Source: a bacterium (GTDB lineage Bacteria; Bacteroidota; Bacteroidia; Bacteroidales; UBA932). Taken from it: a stretch of DNA of 42,751 nucleotides. Below are positions 35,690-42,751 of the stretch, in pieces. The translations under genes were made by a program, and so were the position numbers. The stretch spans positions 1 to 42,751 of the forward strand of contig CAVEHG010000001.1 of assembly GCA_963615405.1 (NCBI GenBank). The letters are read 5' to 3'. The stretch's first letter is position 1. Each line of letters begins with the position of its first letter. The notes under the pieces were generated by a model. That model saw nothing but the letters and a program-made list of their open reading frames with translations, searched no databases and was not told where the DNA came from.

Positions 35690-35770
35690 AGACACAAATA
35701 TAGCTACAATTCACATATTTTGCGTAAATTCGCACCATAATATCAACAAAATCAGTAAAACGGCATTACT

Positions 35771-36652
35771 ATGGAAGAGAACAGTTTCAAGGAAGAGAAA
35801 AATCTCAAAAAAGTGACATACATCCTCCTTGCTGTGGCGGTCATTCTGGCCGGCGTTCTGGCATATATCTGGATTCAGAAATCGTCGCTCGTGAACGAAC
35901 TTCAGGAGGAAAAACAGGAACTTACGGAGCAGATGATTGCGCTTCAGAGCGACTATGCCACACTTTCATCTGACTATGACACAATCAATTCGCAGCTCGA
36001 CTCCTCACGCGAGGAAGTAAATCAGCTGATTGAGAGAATAAAGAAGACCGACGCGACCAACCGCAGGAAAATGCGCCAATACGAGAAGGAACTCGGGACG
36101 CTGAGGAGCATAATGAAGAACTACATCGTCCAGATCGACTCCCTCAACACTCTGAACAAGAAACTTACGGCCGATGCGGCTGCAGCGCGCAGGGATGCCG
36201 CAGAGAGCAAGAAACGTTCAGAAGAGCTTTCCAAGACCGTCGAAAGCCTCTCTTCTCAGGTGGCCACAGGCTCGGTCATCAAGGCGCGCGGACTTTCAAT
36301 CGCGGCCTACAACGCTTCCGGGAAGACAACCGACCGCAGCAGCAGGGTGGCTCAGTTCCAGATCCGTCTGAGTCTTGTGGAAAACGACCTTGCGCCGAAG
36401 GGCCCGGTGAGGATTTACATCCGCGTGAAGGATTCCGACGGAGTGCTGATTGCCGGCACAGAGCAGCGTCAGTTCGAGTTCGGAGGCGAGACTCTTGCAA
36501 GTTCAGCTTCCCGCGAGGTCGATTATCAGGGGACCGAGACGGATGTCGTGATTTATGTGAACGGCGTCAAGGACTGCAGCAAGGGAATCTATTCAGTCGA
36601 GGCCTGCACGGAGCAGTCTTCGCTCGGGACAGCCGAACTGATGCTCAGGTAG
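35771..36652 (+). CDS. Membrane-anchored coiled-coil hypothetical protein
   Basis: Single TM, long heptad region (YEKELGTLRSIMKNYIVQIDSLN) and a beta-rich C-terminus. Confidence 0.8.
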   Translation: MEENSFKEEKNLKKVTYILLAVAVILAGVLAYIWIQKSSLVNELQEEKQELTEQMIALQSDYATLSSDYDTINSQLDSSREEVNQLIERIKKTDATNRRKMRQYEKELGTLRSIMKNYIVQIDSLNTLNKKLTADAAAARRDAAESKKRSEELSKTVESLSSQVATGSVIKARGLSIAAYNASGKTTDRSSRVAQFQIRLSLVENDLAPKGPVRIYIRVKDSDGVLIAGTEQRQFEFGGETLASSASREVDYQGTETDVVIYVNGVKDCSKGIYSVEACTEQSSLGTAELMLR

Positions 36653-36657
36653 CAGGA

Positions 36658-38142
36658 ATGATTTACGTCCACATCCCATTCTGCAAGTCATTCTGCACCT
36701 ACTGCGGATTCTACTCGGAAACCGCTGACTGCTACGGGCGCTATGTCAACGCTCTGCTGCGGGAAATAGAATGTCGGAAATCGGAAATCGGAGGGACTGG
36801 GGATGTCAATACGCTGTATATAGGCGGCGGCACACCATCGGTGTTGCCGCTGCCTCTGCTTTCAAAGCTTGTCGAGGCGCTGAAGGAAGCCGCCGGAGTG
36901 GAGAAATTCGACGAGTTCACCATCGAGGTGAATCCGGACGATGTTGTGCGGGGGTCTTTGACGCCTGACTGTTCGGGGCAGGGCTTTTCGGGTCGGGGAT
37001 CTTCGATGCGGGGGGCTTCGGCGCAGGGGAGCGGATACCCGGAGGCTCTGAAAGAATTGGGCGTGACCCGCGTGAGTGTAGGAATCCAGTCTTTTCACGA
37101 TCCGGTGCTCAAATGGATGAACCGCCGCCACGACGGGAAGACGGCAAAGCTGGCGCTTCAGAGCCTCTTCGATGCTGGAATCGAGGAGGTCAGCGCGGAT
37201 CTGATTTTCGGCCTGCCGGAAGTGCGGACAGGTGATGGCGGCCCTGCCGGACAGCGGCACGGAGCCGCCGGACAAAAGAGTGAATCCCCGGGACAAGAGC
37301 CTGATGGGCAATATGTTCCGCTGCTGTCGGATGAACTGTGGCGCAGAACTGTCGGGGAAATCTGTTCGCTTGGCAGGGGACACAATCTGCACGTGTCCGC
37401 GTACCAGCTTTCCGTGGAGCCGGATTCCGCCCTTGAAAAGATGATTGAAGACGGGCGCTGCCGGGAACTTCCCGATGAGGACTGCGAACGCCAGTACGAC
37501 ATTCTGTGCAGGACGATGGCCGATGCGGGGTACAACCACTACGAAATTTCGAATTTCGCGAAGCCCGGCCACGAGGCAAGGCACAACTCGGCCTACTGGC
37601 GGCACGTACCCTATGTCGGTTTCGGCCCGGGTGCACATTCTCTTGAACTGCTTCCCGGCGGCGGACGGCGGCGCAGCTGGAACAATCCGGACCTGGCGCA
37701 GTACCTTGAAACCTGTGCGCCGGAGCGCGGCTGCCGGGGAAATTTTGAGGATAATCCGGAGGCCAATTTCGAAGCCCTGCGCGGCTGCGAAACGCTTTCC
37801 CGGGAACAGATTGCCCTTGAGAACGTGATGCTTGGACTTCGGACATCGGCAGGATGCACGCTGAGGGAACTTGAGGAAGCCTGCAATGCGGATGCTCTCC
37901 GGAGGGCGGTGGCGGACGGCCATCTCATCCCTGTCGGCCATATCGTTCCGGCCAGTCATCCCGTCCCTGACGGAGGTCGTAAAACTGCCGGAACTCCCGG
38001 GTCTGACGGAGCCCAGGGATCTGCCGGAACTCCCGGGCCAGCCGGAGCCCAGGGACCTGCGGCTGCATATTACCGGATTCCGGAAAAATATTTCTTCATT
38101 TCAGACAATATAATTTCTTCTCTTGTGAGCGGAAGCCGGTAG
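36658..38142 (+). CDS. hemW: Radical SAM heme chaperone HemW (HemN-like), with several insertions
   Basis: YVHIPFCKSFCTYCGF, YIGGGTPS, HYEISNFA and the HemW-type HNSAYW (HNxxYW). Confidence 0.85.
   Translation: MIYVHIPFCKSFCTYCGFYSETADCYGRYVNALLREIECRKSEIGGTGDVNTLYIGGGTPSVLPLPLLSKLVEALKEAAGVEKFDEFTIEVNPDDVVRGSLTPDCSGQGFSGRGSSMRGASAQGSGYPEALKELGVTRVSVGIQSFHDPVLKWMNRRHDGKTAKLALQSLFDAGIEEVSADLIFGLPEVRTGDGGPAGQRHGAAGQKSESPGQEPDGQYVPLLSDELWRRTVGEICSLGRGHNLHVSAYQLSVEPDSALEKMIEDGRCRELPDEDCERQYDILCRTMADAGYNHYEISNFAKPGHEARHNSAYWRHVPYVGFGPGAHSLELLPGGGRRRSWNNPDLAQYLETCAPERGCRGNFEDNPEANFEALRGCETLSREQIALENVMLGLRTSAGCTLRELEEACNADALRRAVADGHLIPVGHIVPASHPVPDGGRKTAGTPGSDGAQGSAGTPGPAGAQGPAAAYYRIPEKYFFISDNIISSLVSGSR
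37985..38056. repeat. 2 x 36-bp coding tandem repeat in hemW
   Basis: ctgccggaactcccgggtctgacggagcccagggat / ctgccggaactcccgggccagccggagcccagggac. Confidence 0.9.
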
Positions 38143-38219
38143 ACAATGGATGTCGGAATGCGGCAGACCTCATTTAAACACCTTGAGAATACAGATAACG
38201 CTTTGTAAATCTGAACAAT

Positions 38220-40190
38220 ATGGAAAATATCTATGCGCAGAGAATTGCCCGGCTCAGGGCGATGATGAAGGAAAACGGCTGGGACGCGGTGCTTGTGGGT
38301 GCCTCTGACCCCCATTGCAGCGAGTATCCTGCCGCACGCTGGAAGCAGGTGGAGTGGCTGACGGGATTCACCGGTGAGGCCGCAAGCGTCGTCGTGACCC
38401 GGAGCCACGCCGGACTCTGGACCGACACTCGCTATTTCATCCAGGCTGTCACTCAGCTCGAAGGGACTGGCGTGGAACTGCACAAACTCCGTGTCCCGGA
38501 TGCGGTCCCGATCCCGCAGTGGCTGGCGGAGAATGTCGATTTCATCATCGGAGCGCCGTCTGCTCCGTCCTACTGGCTCGGCGGAGGAACCTGTCCGCGA
38601 AAACTCAATCTCGTTCTCGACGGCCTGTGCTGGAGTGCGGACGAGGTGCTCGCGATTGACGGCGCACTTTCGGGAGCGACGGCCGACAACGATTTCCGCT
38701 ACGAAATCATCTCACGTCCCGATTTTCTGGAGGCTCTGTGGACGGACCGTCCTGCTGTTCCGGTGACCCCGGTGCAGACTCTCGACCTTGAGATTTCCGG
38801 CAGCGAGGATCGTCTGTCAAAGATCGGCTGGCTGCGCAAGTGGATGCTCAGGAACGATGTGGACAACTTCCTCGTGACGGCTCTCGACGAAATCGCCTGG
38901 CTTCTGAACGTCCGTGCGAACGACATAGAATATAATCCTTATGTGATATCATATCTCCTTGTGTCTCAGGACAATGTGCACTGGTTTGTCCGGAAGGCGG
39001 GATATGACGAAGATGGCGACACCCCTGACAGCTTCGAAGAAATTGCCTCCGATGACGTGAGCATAGAGGACTATGGCGCGGTGGAGACGGCTCTCGGCGA
39101 AATCGGGCCGGAAGAGTCGCTGTTTGTCGATCCATCTTCATTGAACTGGCAGCTTTTCAGTTTCATCTCCTCCGTCTGCTCCGTGGAACAGGATGCCGTC
39201 GCAAGTTCGGCGGAATCCGAAGCCTCCGCAAAATTCCGCACCGGGAAATCACCTGTGATTCTGCGCAAGGCGGTGAAGGAAGACTCTGAAATAGAGCATC
39301 TTCGCGAGACCTTCATTGAGGACGGGCTTGCGGTTGAGCGCTTCCTCAAATGGCTTGAGGACAATGTCGCCGCAGCGGAAAGGGGAGAGTCCGGTCCGGT
39401 CAGCGAATGGGACGCGTCGGTGAAACTCAGTTCGCTGCGTGCCGAAATCCCCGGCTACAGAGGTGACAGTTTTGAGAATATCTCGGCCTACGGACCTTCA
39501 GCCGCGCTTCCGCATTATGTGACTCCGGCGAAGGGCTCGCGGATAATCGAAGGGCACGGACTCTATCTCACGGATTCCGGCGGACAGTACCTCACCGGAA
39601 CGACCGACATCACCCGCACCGTTCCGATGGGCCTCTGTACTGAACTTGAAAGAGAGGACTACACCCTTGTCCTCAAGGGAATGATTGACCTTTCGACTGC
39701 AGTTTTCCCGAAGGGCACGGCAGGCTGTCAGATTGACGCGCTTGCCCGGGGCCCGCTCTGGAAGGCGAGACGAAATTTCGGCCACGGGACCGGGCACGGC
39801 ATCGGCTACTACCTCGGCGTGCACGAAGGCCCGCAGGACATCCGGCAGAACTTCAACACCCAGCCGCTGCTGCCGGGAATGGTCACATCGAACGAACCGG
39901 GCCTCTACCGCGCCGGAATGCACGGCATCCGCCACGAGAATGTCGTTCTCACGGTTCAGGACCGCATACCTTCCGTAAATCCTACCGGCTGTAACGAATT
40001 CGGCGAATGGCTTCGTTTCGAGACTCTGACTTGTTGTCACATAGACACTTCGGCAGTCATTGCAGAACTTCTGACCGCCGAAGAAAGGGACTGGCTCAAT
40101 GCCTACAACGCCTCCGTCTATGCCCGCCTCGCTCCCCGCATGACCCCCGAAGAAGCCTCCTGGCTGGCCTCCAAAACGGAGAAACTGTAA
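38220..40190 (+). CDS. Xaa-Pro aminopeptidase (aminopeptidase P, M24B)
   Basis: DPHCSEY, LWTDTRY, DSGGQYLTGTTDITRT, HGTGHGIG..VHEGP, SNEPGLY and GIRHEN. Confidence 0.93.
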   Translation: MENIYAQRIARLRAMMKENGWDAVLVGASDPHCSEYPAARWKQVEWLTGFTGEAASVVVTRSHAGLWTDTRYFIQAVTQLEGTGVELHKLRVPDAVPIPQWLAENVDFIIGAPSAPSYWLGGGTCPRKLNLVLDGLCWSADEVLAIDGALSGATADNDFRYEIISRPDFLEALWTDRPAVPVTPVQTLDLEISGSEDRLSKIGWLRKWMLRNDVDNFLVTALDEIAWLLNVRANDIEYNPYVISYLLVSQDNVHWFVRKAGYDEDGDTPDSFEEIASDDVSIEDYGAVETALGEIGPEESLFVDPSSLNWQLFSFISSVCSVEQDAVASSAESEASAKFRTGKSPVILRKAVKEDSEIEHLRETFIEDGLAVERFLKWLEDNVAAAERGESGPVSEWDASVKLSSLRAEIPGYRGDSFENISAYGPSAALPHYVTPAKGSRIIEGHGLYLTDSGGQYLTGTTDITRTVPMGLCTELEREDYTLVLKGMIDLSTAVFPKGTAGCQIDALARGPLWKARRNFGHGTGHGIGYYLGVHEGPQDIRQNFNTQPLLPGMVTSNEPGLYRAGMHGIRHENVVLTVQDRIPSVNPTGCNEFGEWLRFETLTCCHIDTSAVIAELLTAEERDWLNAYNASVYARLAPRMTPEEASWLASKTEKL

Positions 40191-40213
40191 AAGTCCTCTG
40201 AAGGCGAAAGAAA

Positions 40214-40273
40214 GCGAAGTCCCGGGAGACCCGACGCGATTTTTTTATGAGTGGAGGGCTCCCGGGACTTCGC
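40214..40273. terminator. 15-bp inverted repeat between convergent genes (possible bidirectional terminator)
   Basis: gcgaagtcccgggag ... ctcccgggacttcgc, with a large loop and weak U-tracts. Confidence 0.5.
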
Positions 40274-40330
40274 CTTGAGCCCAGGCTGATGAGTTTCCCG
40301 GCCTTGCCTTGAGCCGCCGGCTTCTGAAAA

Positions 40331-41647
40331 TTACTTGGTGTAGTTTATCAGGTTTCCGCTGAGATACTGGTCATAGGCCGTCATATCGATGAGCCCGTGG
40401 CCAGACAGGTTGAACAGGATCACCTTGCTTTCGCCGGCCTCCTTGCAGCGGTTCGCCTCGTCAATGGCCGCAGCAATCGCGTGGCACGACTCCGGAGCCG
40501 GAATGATTCCCTCGGATTTAGCGAAGAGCACACCTGCGGCGAACGAATCAAGCTGCTGGATGTCAGCCGATTCCATCAGACCGTCCTTCAGAAGCTGCGA
40601 CACGACCGCTCCGGCTCCGTGATAACGCAGACCGCCGGCGTGGATGTTAGCCGGAATGAAATCGTGCCCGAGCGAATACATCGGAATCAGCGGAGTCAGC
40701 CCGCTCTCGTCCCCGAAGTCATAGCCGAACTTTCCCTGGCTGAGCTTCGGACAGCTTGCGGGCTCCGCCGCGATGAACCTGGTCTTCCTTCCGTCAAAGA
40801 GATTGTGCCTCATAAACGGAAACGAAATGCCGCTGAAATTCGACCCGCCGCCGAAGCAGCCTATCACGATGTCCGGATATTCCCCGGCCATCTCCATCTG
40901 CTTTTCCGCCTCAAGCCCGATGACCGTCTGGTGCAGCCCCACGTGGCTCATCACCGAACCGAGAGTGTATTTGCACCTCTCCGGCGTCGTCATCGCGAGC
41001 TCCACGGCCTCCGAAATGGCAGTTCCCAGCGAGCCCTGATGATAGGGATTCTTCGTCAGTATGTCCTTGCCGGCACGGGTGGACATTGACGGAGACGGGG
41101 TCACCTGCGCTCCGAAAAGCTGCATCATCGAGCGCCGGTAAGGCTTCTGCTCATAGGAAATCTTCACCTGATAGACGGCGGCCTCAAGCCCGAAAAGCCT
41201 TGCCGCATAGGAAAGCGCCGTACCCCACTGGCCCGCTCCGGTCTCCGTGGTGACATTAGTGATGCCCTCCTCCTTGCAGTAATATGCCTGGGCGAGCGCC
41301 GAATTCAGCTTGTGCGAGCCGACCGGGCTGACGCTCTCGTTCTTGAAATAGATGTGAGCCGGCGTGTCCAGCGCCTTTTCGAGGCCGTATGCGCGTACAA
41401 GCGGGGTTGAGCGGTAGTAAGTGTAATATTCCCGGACTTTCTCCGGAATGTCGATCCACCTGTCTTTCAGATTCAGTTCCTGCCTCACGCATTCGCGGCA
41501 GAACAGCACCGCCATCTCGTCCTCGGTGACAGGCTTGTGCGTCGCCGAATTGAGCATCGGCTGCGGCTTGTGGGGCATATCCGCCTGAATGTTGTACCAT
41601 TGCGTCGGAATCTCATTCTCCTGCAAAAAGAATCTTTTCTGTTTCAT
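40331..41647 (-). CDS. trpB2: TrpB-like PLP enzyme (TrpB2 type)
   Basis: IPTQWYNI, GSHKLNSA (PLP Lys), TETGAGQWG, GCFGGGSN, HAGGLRYHG and FNLSGHG. No trpA nearby. Confidence 0.92.
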   Translation of the reverse strand: MKQKRFFLQENEIPTQWYNIQADMPHKPQPMLNSATHKPVTEDEMAVLFCRECVRQELNLKDRWIDIPEKVREYYTYYRSTPLVRAYGLEKALDTPAHIYFKNESVSPVGSHKLNSALAQAYYCKEEGITNVTTETGAGQWGTALSYAARLFGLEAAVYQVKISYEQKPYRRSMMQLFGAQVTPSPSMSTRAGKDILTKNPYHQGSLGTAISEAVELAMTTPERCKYTLGSVMSHVGLHQTVIGLEAEKQMEMAGEYPDIVIGCFGGGSNFSGISFPFMRHNLFDGRKTRFIAAEPASCPKLSQGKFGYDFGDESGLTPLIPMYSLGHDFIPANIHAGGLRYHGAGAVVSQLLKDGLMESADIQQLDSFAAGVLFAKSEGIIPAPESCHAIAAAIDEANRCKEAGESKVILFNLSGHGLIDMTAYDQYLSGNLINYTK

Positions 41648-41655
41648 ATTATCTT

Positions 41656-41676
41656 TAATTTAAGTTTCGCATGTAC
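41656..41676 (-). repeat. Isolated right end of a family-B element
   Basis: The reverse complement of 41658-41676 is gtacatgcgaaacttaaat, identical to 32900-32918. Confidence 0.75.
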
Positions 41677-41715
41677 AAAAAAAACAAGCGGTGACCCGTC
41701 TGTGAGTCACCGCTT
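41677..41715 (-). terminator. Intrinsic terminator after sdhC/frdC
   Basis: 10-bp stem aagcggtgac/gtcaccgctt, followed on minus by g and 8 T. Confidence 0.85.
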
Positions 41716-41738
41716 TTCTTATTCTGTGATTTCGTCCG

Positions 41739-42437
41739 CTATGCGAGGCACGGGCAGCAGTTGTGGATGCATACTGAAACTGCGACAGTCGCGAAGCCAA
41801 GGAAAATCAGAGTTGCAAAGATGTAGGCGATGACCTTGAGTCTCTTGAGCCAGATTGTATTGTTCCATCCGAGGGTCTGGAATGCGCTCCAGAAACCGTG
41901 GGTGAGGTGGAACCAGATGGCTCCGAACCAGACAAGGTACAGAACCGTAACCCACCATCGTCCGAAAGTGGCGTCGAGAAGGTCGTACGGATTGCTCTGT
42001 GTTCCGCCTGTGAAGTCCTGAAGCTGCATATCAGCCCAGAAATGGGTGAGGTGGAAAGCGATGAATCCGAGGATTATGATTCCGAGTACAATCATATTCT
42101 TTGCGGCGAAAGAGTCTGCCTTCGCCTTGCTTGCAACGGCATAGCGGCAAACTCCTCCGCGAGCCTGAAGGTTAGTCCAGGTGAGGTAGCAGCCGTAGAA
42201 GATGTGGATGACGAATCCGAGCGCGAGCACCGGCACCATCAGGGTCACGATCGGGAGCGACATAAAGTCGCATCCGAGCTGGAAAAGACCGTCTGCCGCA
42301 CCATATTCTCCGGTAATGAGGTCAATCACTGCAAAGAGGTTGATGCTCACGTGAAGAAGAAGGAAAATGATGAGGAAAAGCCCCGAAATGCTCATTATGA
42401 GCTTCTTCCCGATTGAGGATGTAAAGATGTTGGCCAT
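41739..42437 (-). CDS. sdhC: Succinate dehydrogenase/fumarate reductase cytochrome b subunit
   Basis: SSIGKKLIMSISGLFLIIFLLLH, FVIHIFYG, FHLTHF and FHLTHGFWSAFQTLG (heme-ligating His). Start MANIF at 42437. Confidence 0.9.
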   Translation of the reverse strand: MANIFTSSIGKKLIMSISGLFLIIFLLLHVSINLFAVIDLITGEYGAADGLFQLGCDFMSLPIVTLMVPVLALGFVIHIFYGCYLTWTNLQARGGVCRYAVASKAKADSFAAKNMIVLGIIILGFIAFHLTHFWADMQLQDFTGGTQSNPYDLLDATFGRWWVTVLYLVWFGAIWFHLTHGFWSAFQTLGWNNTIWLKRLKVIAYIFATLIFLGFATVAVSVCIHNCCPCLA

Positions 42438-42505
42438 AGAATGTTCTGTCAATAATTCAGTTCCAAATGTGCGGGTTTGAATACGCGGATTTGATTTTAG
42501 CGGTG

Positions 42506-42513
42506 CAAAGATA
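42506..42513 (-). promoter_or_regulatory. -7 element TATCTTTG for sdhC
   Basis: caaagata on +. Confidence 0.65.
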
Positions 42514-42633
42514 TATTCTTTCTTCCAACTTTCATAATTATTCGCGGAATTTGTTTTTCAATTGCTGATGATTTTGAACTGTTTTAGCCCAAAGACAGAG
42601 AAATAAAATGGTGCACGGGGAGGCAGCCGGACG

Positions 42634-42685
42634 AAAAAGAAGATGACCCGGGAAGTCGGAATTTGACTTCGGGGCCATCCTCTTG
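42634..42685 (-). terminator. Probable intrinsic terminator of the upstream minus-strand gene
   Basis: Minus strand aagaggatggccccgaagtc-aaattcc-gacttcccgggtcatcttctt followed by a T-run. Confidence 0.55.
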
Positions 42686-42709
42686 ATTGTTTCTTATGGG
42701 CGGGGAGTT

Positions 42710-42751
42710 CTACTCGCCTTCGGATGAAGATGCTGCTTCAAAGAGGACCAC
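42710..42751 (-). CDS. Possible 3' end of a gene entering from the right edge (..VVLFEAASSSEGE*)
   Basis: 14 open codons ending in TAG just before a terminator-like hairpin. Too short to identify. Confidence 0.35.
   Translation of the reverse strand: MVLFEAASSSEGE

Noticed and set aside
1..42751. DGR template repeat or reverse transcriptase, transposase, tRNA/rRNA genes
   Set aside because: By eye I found no second AAC-rich copy of the putative VR, no RT or transposase-like ORF, and no cloverleaf or rRNA-like sequence.

Overview
A 42.7-kb chromosomal segment from a Bacteroidales bacterium, judged from gene content, Bacteroidetes-type TAnnTTTG promoters and AT-rich translation starts. It is mostly housekeeping: parC-like (partial), era, rluB, tonB-exbD-exbB, a HAD hydrolase, a cyclophilin, a Wzx-like flippase, mreBCD-mrdA-rodA plus a PAP2 fusion, ispD, Lrp/AsnC, topA, PBP1A, ddl, prmC, U32, TPR, an M16-like protein, DUF3109, hemW, aminopeptidase P, trpB2 and an isolated sdhC/frdC. 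I found no tRNA, rRNA, CRISPR array, transposase or reverse transcriptase. Six signals deserve follow-up. (1) A candidate ~83-nt sRNA at ~5848-5930 (minus) has a consensus-spaced sigma54 -24/-12 promoter, an intrinsic terminator and a seed antisense to 'ATGAAAAAA' (MKK) translation starts. (2) An accessory lipoprotein has a DUF1566/Lcl-like C-terminus that looks like a DGR variable region, with no TR or RT in the window. (3) A ~125-bp hairpin repeat family shows compensatory base changes and begins at stop codons. (4) A second, TA-flanked MITE-like family is present as full, collapsed and end-only copies. (5) A promoter-proximal three-way-junction RNA lies upstream of the cyclophilin. (6) Several core enzymes carry in-frame minisatellite-like insertions. 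All calls come from reading motifs by eye; no searches were run.
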